54,714 nucleotides of DNA from an uncultured virus (IMG/VR IMGVR_UViG_3300029309_000002) (Duplodnaviria > Heunggongvirae > Uroviricota > Caudoviricetes). The stretch lies in the IMG/VR virus record IMGVR_UViG_3300029309_000002. One strand, 5' to 3'. This document shows positions 16,008 to 22,676 of this stretch, one piece after another (within the stretch, counting starts at the first letter, position 1; every line of letters starts with the position of its first letter). The notes below the pieces were generated by a model that was not told the DNA's origin, searched no databases, and worked only from the letters and a program-made list of their open reading frames with translations. Made by a program: the position numbers and the translations under genes.

Positions 16008-18932
16008 TTAATTTTTAATAATTTTTTTAATAATTGTTTTATCGTTTAATGTTATATGTAAATGATATATACCATCTGCATAGTTAGAAAGATCTAATGT
16101 TGATGCATTTGTCTCAGTTATAATTAATTTACCTAGATGGTTATATACTTTTATATTTACGCTTTTTCCTGCTATATTAACTATACCCGGTGTTGGATTT
16201 GGATATAATATAATTGCATCTATTCCTATTCTTGCTGGTGGCTCTGGTCCAGTCCATGTTGTACCACAATAATCATATGTTAATTGACATGTTTCATCCC
16301 ATTCTTGATTACAACAATAATCATCTACACTGATAACCCATGCATAGCATTCATCATTTAACCAATATGGTTCTCCTGGATTACCAACACATCCGGCATC
16401 ATATAAACAAGATAGAGAGTCATTAACATTTGCTAACGGTTCATAATTCCACGCATCTTGGTCCATACACCCTGTAACCACTTCAATACAAGAGCCGTTC
16501 TCAGTATTAGCCAACGGATCATAATTAAGAGCAGAACTATCAGTACAGCCATAGATGTAAGCAATACAACTAAAATCTTCCGTATTGGCTTGTACGTTAT
16601 AATTGAGCATAGAAGGGTCAGTACAACCATAAATAATAGGTATACAAGAATTATCAGTAACATTGGCTAAAGGATTAAAATTAAACATAGTAGAATCCAT
16701 ACAGCCAAAGACAAAAGGTTCACAAGAACCATTATCTACATTAGCTAGTGGATCATAATTAAACATAGAAGCATCCATACATCCGTATATAAATGGAATG
16801 CAGGTGCCATCATCCACATTGGCTTGAGGATCATAGTTAAACATTGTAGGATCAGTGCATCCATATGATGGATATATACAACCATTATTTACAGTTGCGG
16901 TTGAATCATAGTTAAGTGCTGTTGAGTCAGTACAACCTACATAATAACAACTCCCATCATCAGTATTAGCATTAGAGTTATAATTATCAGCGTTAGCATC
17001 TGTACATCCGTTAATTATTGGTATACAATTACCATCATCTATATTTGCTAGTGAATCATAATTTAAGGCAAATTCATTTGTGCAACCATAGATAAATGGA
17101 ATACATGTATTATCATCAACATTTGCATTTGGATCATAATTAAAAGAATTTGAATCCATACAGCCTAATACTGTTGGTATACAAGTTGTACCACAGAAAG
17201 GTATGTCAATATATTTTGTCCAAAATGGTGACTCAAATGATTGAAGTGCACCTTGACCGTTATTAGCAAAAGGGTTTTGTCCTTCATGCAACAATACAAC
17301 ACCATTTGCATTTGTCAACTTAAATGAGTTATGCCAAGTTTGAAACTGTACTTCTTGTGGTGGTTGTTGTGGACCTCCAACTTCAAAGTAATAAACCTCT
17401 ACTGGTACTCCAGGATCTAATATAATGTTCCATGAGTCATCATAGTTACCAGGTCCCATTGTATATGTTCCTAAGTTAATACCATTTTGATAAACACCAA
17501 TATATGAATTACCCCAACCATCACCAGCTGCATCAAATATTTCTAATAGATAATTACAATCTGGTATTAGGTCCATCATGGTTGCATTAGAGTCATAATT
17601 AAACGCATTAGGGTTTGTGCACCCATATACATGTAATGTAGAACATGAGCCATCATCTATTGTAGCTTGTGGATCAAACTCTACATAATCATCATCCATA
17701 CAACCAGGAGTTGGTGGTATAATTGGGCATGGGGTAGCAAGTTGTTGTCCTGAATATAGTACGTTTCCAAATCCAGGGTTGTCCATATACCATATAGTAT
17801 CACCATCACAGTTATAAATAACAATCATACCATCCATAGAACCACCTGAAGTAGATCCTGCCATACCATCACCATAGGTATCATTAACTACTAACTCAAA
17901 ACCTGCATTCTGATCTACACAGAAAGTATAAGTATATGTTTGTCCTATATCATTAAAATCATATGCTCCCGGTTGCTCTTCTCCTATTACACCTGCACTA
18001 TTCATTAACCAAGATGTTTCTCCAGGCCAATTGTCTAATGTAATCTCCATTGTTATTTGATACTGAAAAGTAGTATCACATGTTGTTCCTGAACATGATC
18101 CATCATCATACGTTGCCCAAGGGTTGTATGATATTTGAGTTGGGTCTGTACATCCTGCTATACAAGGAGTGGGGGTATAAAATATAGTATCAGACAAACT
18201 ACCATCTGCAAACTCTACTTGACCATAATGTTCTACTTCCCAGTTAGGGGGCATTTGACCATTACCTGCATACACAGCAAAATCAAGTGCTCCTGGTCCA
18301 AGACCATATTGAAAAGGGCCTACACCTTCCTCATTTGAATACCAGAATTTTACAGGCTCACAACTAACATTATTATCTAAAGTCCAATTAAAAAATACAA
18401 GAGTTTGTCCGCCAGGTAAGCATGTTTGTGATGCAGTAGAACTAAGAAAACCGTCACAAGGCAGATAAGTACAAGAACCATCATCTTGAGTAGCGGTTGA
18501 ATCATAATTTGTTGCATTTGTGTCTATACATCCAGGAATTACAACAGGGGGAGCACATGGTGCTATTGTTAATGTATCTATATAATCAAAACCAAAGTCC
18601 CCTGCTACATACAATATTGTATCTTGACAATCATTTTGTATTAAAAGCCATCCTTCAGGTGAACCATTAAAACCACCTAAACCATCTCCATATTGATCAA
18701 ATAGAGAAAAAATGATATCTCCTCCAACAGCAACTGTATCTGAATACAAAGTCTGATCAGTCATTAAAGAATCAGATTGTGCAATAATTGGTGAACCACC
18801 TGGAGGTGTTATAGTCCATGAAGTTTCTTCAGGATAATCATCTGTTAACAATTGTATGTTAACCCAACTATTTTGTGATAAAATTATATTAGGTAAAACT
18901 AATAATAATAATATGTATATTATTTTTCTCAT
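16008..18932 (-). CDS. Secreted Cys-repeat protein with T9SS (Por) C-terminal sorting domain
   Basis: Sec signal peptide MRKIIYILLLLVLPNIILS|Q; 14 GC(T/M/I)(D/N)...N(Y/F)...A...DDGSC-type repeats; C-terminal LYPNPT...IKVYNHLGKLI...LDLSNYADGIYHL...KKIIKN, a type A CTD pattern. Confidence 0.85.
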   Translation of the reverse strand: MRKIIYILLLLVLPNIILSQNSWVNIQLLTDDYPEETSWTITPPGGSPIIAQSDSLMTDQTLYSDTVAVGGDIIFSLFDQYGDGLGGFNGSPEGWLLIQNDCQDTILYVAGDFGFDYIDTLTIAPCAPPVVIPGCIDTNATNYDSTATQDDGSCTYLPCDGFLSSTASQTCLPGGQTLVFFNWTLDNNVSCEPVKFWYSNEEGVGPFQYGLGPGALDFAVYAGNGQMPPNWEVEHYGQVEFADGSLSDTIFYTPTPCIAGCTDPTQISYNPWATYDDGSCSGTTCDTTFQYQITMEITLDNWPGETSWLMNSAGVIGEEQPGAYDFNDIGQTYTYTFCVDQNAGFELVVNDTYGDGMAGSTSGGSMDGMIVIYNCDGDTIWYMDNPGFGNVLYSGQQLATPCPIIPPTPGCMDDDYVEFDPQATIDDGSCSTLHVYGCTNPNAFNYDSNATMMDLIPDCNYLLEIFDAAGDGWGNSYIGVYQNGINLGTYTMGPGNYDDSWNIILDPGVPVEVYYFEVGGPQQPPQEVQFQTWHNSFKLTNANGVVLLHEGQNPFANNGQGALQSFESPFWTKYIDIPFCGTTCIPTVLGCMDSNSFNYDPNANVDDNTCIPFIYGCTNEFALNYDSLANIDDGNCIPIINGCTDANADNYNSNANTDDGSCYYVGCTDSTALNYDSTATVNNGCIYPSYGCTDPTMFNYDPQANVDDGTCIPFIYGCMDASMFNYDPLANVDNGSCEPFVFGCMDSTMFNFNPLANVTDNSCIPIIYGCTDPSMLNYNVQANTEDFSCIAYIYGCTDSSALNYDPLANTENGSCIEVVTGCMDQDAWNYEPLANVNDSLSCLYDAGCVGNPGEPYWLNDECYAWVISVDDYCCNQEWDETCQLTYDYCGTTWTGPEPPARIGIDAIILYPNPTPGIVNIAGKSVNIKVYNHLGKLIITETNASTLDLSNYADGIYHLHITLNDKTIIKKIIKN
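16407..17169 (-). repeat. Ten tandem ~26-codon intragenic repeats (GCxD...ANxDDGxC)
   Basis: Visible in the translation from LGCMDSNS to ANVNDSLSC; four more dispersed copies lie further 5' in the gene. Confidence 0.85.
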
Positions 18933-18941
18933 GTTTATATT

Positions 18942-19292
18942 TTAAAAGTCACTCATTATTAAATCATCTATTGCTTCTTGTACTTCCTCTCTAGTTCCTA
19001 CCATTTTAAATGATAAATCTGCTTGGAACCTTGCTACCTCTTCTCCATCTTTAAATATAATAATAGTAGGTACAGATGCTATTTTATATTTTTTCTGTAT
19101 ACCTTCTTTATCTATAGAAAGCTTTTTCTTTTGACATTCTTTTAACTTACTAAACCAAGTTACACTATTTGCTTCATTCCAACCAGCATTAAAATGTATT
19201 GCTGTAATCTGTGAATAAGCATCTGATGAGGCAAACAATAAAAATAATGCAAATAAATAAGTCAAAAATATTTTCCATACTTGGTCTCTCAT
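18942..19292 (-). CDS. Exported thioredoxin-fold protein lacking CxxC
   Basis: Signal peptide ending AYS|Q; HFNAGWNEAN in place of DFWAxWCxxC; YKIASVPTIIIFKDGEEVAR cis-Pro loop retained. Confidence 0.8.
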   Translation of the reverse strand: MRDQVWKIFLTYLFALFLLFASSDAYSQITAIHFNAGWNEANSVTWFSKLKECQKKKLSIDKEGIQKKYKIASVPTIIIFKDGEEVARFQADLSFKMVGTREEVQEAIDDLIMSDF

Positions 19293-19303
19293 AATCTTAT
19301 AAT

Positions 19304-19435
19304 TTAACGGCCTTGGCCTCTATATTTCTTTTTCCTTCTGCTTTGACCTTTAGATGCATTTTTACTATGCACTCCTGGTCTTTTCTTTCTTTTCTTAGAA
19401 ATATAGGTTAATAATTTTTTCTGTCTTTTTGCCAT
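19304..19435 (-). CDS. Small basic protein ending KKYRGQGR (43 aa, not in ORF track)
   Basis: MAKRQKKLLTYISKKRKKRPGVHSKNASKGQSRRKKKYRGQGR; TAATG overlap. Confidence 0.72.
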   Translation of the reverse strand: MAKRQKKLLTYISKKRKKRPGVHSKNASKGQSRRKKKYRGQGR

Positions 19436-19719
19436 TACTTTAGTTTATCTATTTTTTCTTCTATTCTTTTTATGTCCTCTTTAATCTCTTTAACATCATC
19501 TTGTGTATTCATAATGGTTCCACGGATCATTTGGTCTTTCATATCAAACTCCATCCTTGTAACATCTGGTGGTGGTGGTACTGGAAGTTCTTTAGCTTCT
19601 TCTATATCTGCTTGTAAAGCAAACCACATCCCCACTACAGTTGCTATTGCAAATGCAATACCAATAAGTGTTTTTACACTTACTTTAAAGCTAGTATCTT
19701 CATTTAATTCTTTAGCCAT
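19435..19719 (-). CDS. Single-TM protein with Pro-rich linker and coiled coil
   Basis: N-terminal TM (LIGIAFAIATVVGMWFAL), PVPPPP, then heptad-like VKEIKEDIKRIEEKIDKL. Confidence 0.78.
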   Translation of the reverse strand: MAKELNEDTSFKVSVKTLIGIAFAIATVVGMWFALQADIEEAKELPVPPPPDVTRMEFDMKDQMIRGTIMNTQDDVKEIKEDIKRIEEKIDKLK

Positions 19720-19723
19720 AGTA

Positions 19724-20203
19724 TTAATATAATTTTATATTATGTTTATTTACTTGCAAGTTACAATTAATCAAAAATCCTGATGTTTTTGATGAATAAT
19801 ACTCTAGTGTATGATCATACTGTAAATATTCAAAACCACTAAAGTCAAAAACTTTACAGCTTTTTTTATCCAATCCTTGTATTATATCTACATCACTCAT
19901 TCTTTCTTCTTGTGATGTAACATAATCCTCATATACTAACATAAACTCATCTCCCACAGCTCCAGTTAATTTATTTACTACTCTAATTCCAAACTTAATG
20001 GGCTCCCCTGTTGTAGTATGATGAAAACTCATATATCCTAAACACTTTTTATTCATTGCATGATAATTAGAAGTCAAATCAGCAGGTGCAGTTTGTTGTG
20101 GAATAAGTGTTGTCCAAGCATCTGCAGTAGAACAACTTGTTTGCTGAAAGAATCTTGTATTAACAGAACCTGATGCTGTATGTTGGGGAGTTGGAGCAGC
20201 CAT
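19724..20203 (-). CDS. Hypothetical protein
   Basis: 159-aa ORF, TAATG coupled. Confidence 0.72.
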   Translation of the reverse strand: MAAPTPQHTASGSVNTRFFQQTSCSTADAWTTLIPQQTAPADLTSNYHAMNKKCLGYMSFHHTTTGEPIKFGIRVVNKLTGAVGDEFMLVYEDYVTSQEERMSDVDIIQGLDKKSCKVFDFSGFEYLQYDHTLEYYSSKTSGFLINCNLQVNKHNIKLY

Positions 20204-20514
20204 TATGTAAAAAATATTAACTTAATTATCACACCAACAATAGCAGTAAACAGTATCCATAGTGCTTTTGAAACATTATCTTTCCACTTCTTTACATCAT
20301 TAAAGTCTTCAATCATTTCATCTAAGTAAGGCATTTCTTCTTCTCTTAGTTTTCTAAATGCGGTATTTTTATTCACTCTTGTAACAAACCCATTGTCTGG
20401 ATCTAATAATTTTTTAGTTAAAGCATCTAATTTCCCATCTATTTCTTCTAGCTTTTTTTCCATATTATCCATTCTTAGTGACATAAGTTCCATATTTGTA
20501 GTATTATCAGCCAT
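20203..20514 (-). CDS. Coiled-coil protein with C-terminal TM helix (XhlA/holin-like topology)
   Basis: RMDNMEKKLEEIDGKLD...ALWILFTAIVGVIIKLIFFT. Confidence 0.75.
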   Translation of the reverse strand: MADNTTNMELMSLRMDNMEKKLEEIDGKLDALTKKLLDPDNGFVTRVNKNTAFRKLREEEMPYLDEMIEDFNDVKKWKDNVSKALWILFTAIVGVIIKLIFFT

Positions 20515-20559
20515 TACTTAGAAACAATTCTTATATTTGTAAACTATTTTATATACATA

Positions 20560-20574
20560 TATAATATACAAAAA
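20560..20574 (-). promoter_or_regulatory. Putative phage late promoter (TTTTTGTATATTATA on - strand)
   Basis: Copy of the repeated motif at the head of the 10140-20514 gene block. Confidence 0.62.
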
Positions 20575-20695
20575 TGATTTAAGAAAAGAAAGTTCTTATT
20601 CTATAAATTTATCTCTGATATTATATAGAAATAAAATTTATTTTGAGTATCTTATAAGTCCCTACTTAATATTAACCTAATAAAAAAATAATAAA

Positions 20696-22555
20696 ATGAA
20701 CAGAAGTAACAAAATCCTTAGTGACATAACAGTACATATGAAGTATGCAAAATATATCCCAGAACTTAACAGAAGAGAAAGTTGGGAAGAACTAGTAACA
20801 AGAAACAAAAGCATGCATTTGAAAAAATTTCCTGATCTTAAAGAAGAGATAGAAGAAGTGTACAAGTTTGTTTATGATAAAAAGGTTTTGCCTTCTATGA
20901 GATCTATGCAGTTTGGTGGTAAACCAATTGAGATTTCACCCAATAGAATATATAATTGTGCATACCTTCCTGTTGACTCTGTTGAATCATTTAGTGAAAT
21001 AATGTTTTTATTACTTGGTGGTACAGGTGTTGGTTATTCTGTTCAAAAACACCATATAGAAAAGTTACCACAGATAAATAAACCATATGCAAAAAGAACT
21101 AAAAGATATTTAATTGGTGACTCTATTGAAGGCTGGGCTGATGCAGTTAAAGTACTTGTAAAGTCTTACATGAATGGTAGATCATCTAAAGTTATCTTTG
21201 ATTATTCTGATATAAGACCTAAAGGTGCAAGGCTAGTTACATCAGGTGGTAAAGCTCCAGGACCACAACCACTTAAAGAATGTTTACTTAAACTTGAAGG
21301 ATTATTAAGTGCAAAAGAAAATGGTGATCAGCTAACTACACTTGAGGTGCATGATATGGTATGTCATATTGCTGATGCTGTACTTGCTGGTGGTATTAGA
21401 CGTGCTGCTCTTATTAGTTTATTTAGTGCAGATGATGACCAAATGATTGGTGCTAAGTCAGGAGCATGGTGGGAACATAATCCACAACGTGGTAGAGCTA
21501 ATAACTCAGCTGTATTAATGAGACATAAAATAACTAAAGAGTTTTTTATGGATCTATGGAAGCGTGTTGAGTTATCTGGTGCAGGTGAGCCTGGTATATA
21601 CTTAAATAATGACAAAGACTGGGGTACTAACCCGTGTTGTGAAATAGCATTACGTCCTTATCAATTCTGTAACTTATGTGAAGTAAACGTGTCAAATGTG
21701 GTGTCTCAAGAAGATTTGAATGAAAGGGTAAAAGCTGCAACATTTATTGGAACACTTCAAGCAAGTTACACTAACTTCCACTACCTCAGACAGATATGGA
21801 AAGAAACTACAGAAAAAGATGCACTTATTGGTATATCTATGACTGGTATTGGAAGTGGTAAAGTCTTAAATCTTAATGCTTCTGAGTCAGCACTTATAGT
21901 AAAAAAGGAGAATGCAAGAGTTGCAAAGCTTCTAGATATAAGATCTTCTGCAAGATGTACTACTGTAAAGCCTGCGGGTACTACATCACTAACTCTAGGA
22001 ACTTCATCTGGTATACATGCTTGGCATAATGATTACTATGTAAGAAGAATACGTGTAGGAAAGAATGAGGCTATCTATACATACTTGCTTACAAATCATC
22101 CAGAACTTATTGAAGACTGTTTCTTTAGACCTGCTGATACTGCTATTATTAGTATACCTCAAATGGCTCCTGAAGGATCTATACTTAGAACAGAGTCTCC
22201 ATTTGACTTACTTGAAAGAGTAAAAAAGATATCACAAGAATGGATTGCTCCTGGGCATAGAAGGGGTTCTAACTCTCACAATGTATCCGCTACAGTATCA
22301 CTTAAAGAAGAAGAGTGGGAAAAAGCAGGTAACTGGATGTGGGATAATAGAGAGCACTACAATGGATTATCTGTATTGCCTTATGATGGTGGTACATATA
22401 CTCAAGCTCCATTTGAAGACATTACAAAAGAGAAATATGAGGAATTACTAGAAACTCTAAAATCTGTTGATCTATCTAAAGTTGTAGAACTTGCAGATAA
22501 TACAGATCTTAAAGGTGAACTAGCTTGTGCTGGTGGTGCTTGTGAGGTTATATAA
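20696..22555 (+). CDS. nrdJ: Class II (adenosylcobalamin-dependent) ribonucleotide reductase, monomeric RTPR type
   Basis: YNCA, GTGVG, RRAALI, TNPCCEI, TVKPAGT and C-terminal ACAGGACE motifs; no small-subunit gene adjacent. Confidence 0.9.
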   Translation: MNRSNKILSDITVHMKYAKYIPELNRRESWEELVTRNKSMHLKKFPDLKEEIEEVYKFVYDKKVLPSMRSMQFGGKPIEISPNRIYNCAYLPVDSVESFSEIMFLLLGGTGVGYSVQKHHIEKLPQINKPYAKRTKRYLIGDSIEGWADAVKVLVKSYMNGRSSKVIFDYSDIRPKGARLVTSGGKAPGPQPLKECLLKLEGLLSAKENGDQLTTLEVHDMVCHIADAVLAGGIRRAALISLFSADDDQMIGAKSGAWWEHNPQRGRANNSAVLMRHKITKEFFMDLWKRVELSGAGEPGIYLNNDKDWGTNPCCEIALRPYQFCNLCEVNVSNVVSQEDLNERVKAATFIGTLQASYTNFHYLRQIWKETTEKDALIGISMTGIGSGKVLNLNASESALIVKKENARVAKLLDIRSSARCTTVKPAGTTSLTLGTSSGIHAWHNDYYVRRIRVGKNEAIYTYLLTNHPELIEDCFFRPADTAIISIPQMAPEGSILRTESPFDLLERVKKISQEWIAPGHRRGSNSHNVSATVSLKEEEWEKAGNWMWDNREHYNGLSVLPYDGGTYTQAPFEDITKEKYEELLETLKSVDLSKVVELADNTDLKGELACAGGACEVI

Positions 22556-22625
22556 AAGTACCTATCACAAACATAACAACCATTACTACTATATAAATTG
22601 CTGGAGTTATATCTATCCTCTTCAT
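22548..22625 (-). CDS. 25-aa hydrophobic peptide (not in ORF track)
   Basis: MKRIDITPAIYIVVMVVMFVIGTFI; a variant late-promoter motif lies immediately upstream; stop overlaps the nrdJ end. Confidence 0.45.
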   Translation of the reverse strand: MKRIDITPAIYIVVMVVMFVIGTFI

Positions 22626-22676
22626 ATTATAATATAAGAAGTAGATATTAATTATATGTTAAGGGAAGGTTAATTC

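Noticed and set aside
16407..17169. CRISPR array or DGR template/variable repeat
   Set aside because: The repeats are degenerate, in-frame protein repeats without identical direct repeats or spacers; no cas or reverse transcriptase gene in the window.
11483..19732. + strand ORFs at 11483, 12316, 12599, 14012, 15083, 16458, 18135 and 19472, and the nested - strand ORF 16433-16663
   Set aside because: All overlap better-supported - strand genes.
4328..22555. Inteins or group I introns in polB or nrdJ
   Set aside because: Both ORFs are continuous and of ordinary length, with no splice-junction or homing-endonuclease motifs.
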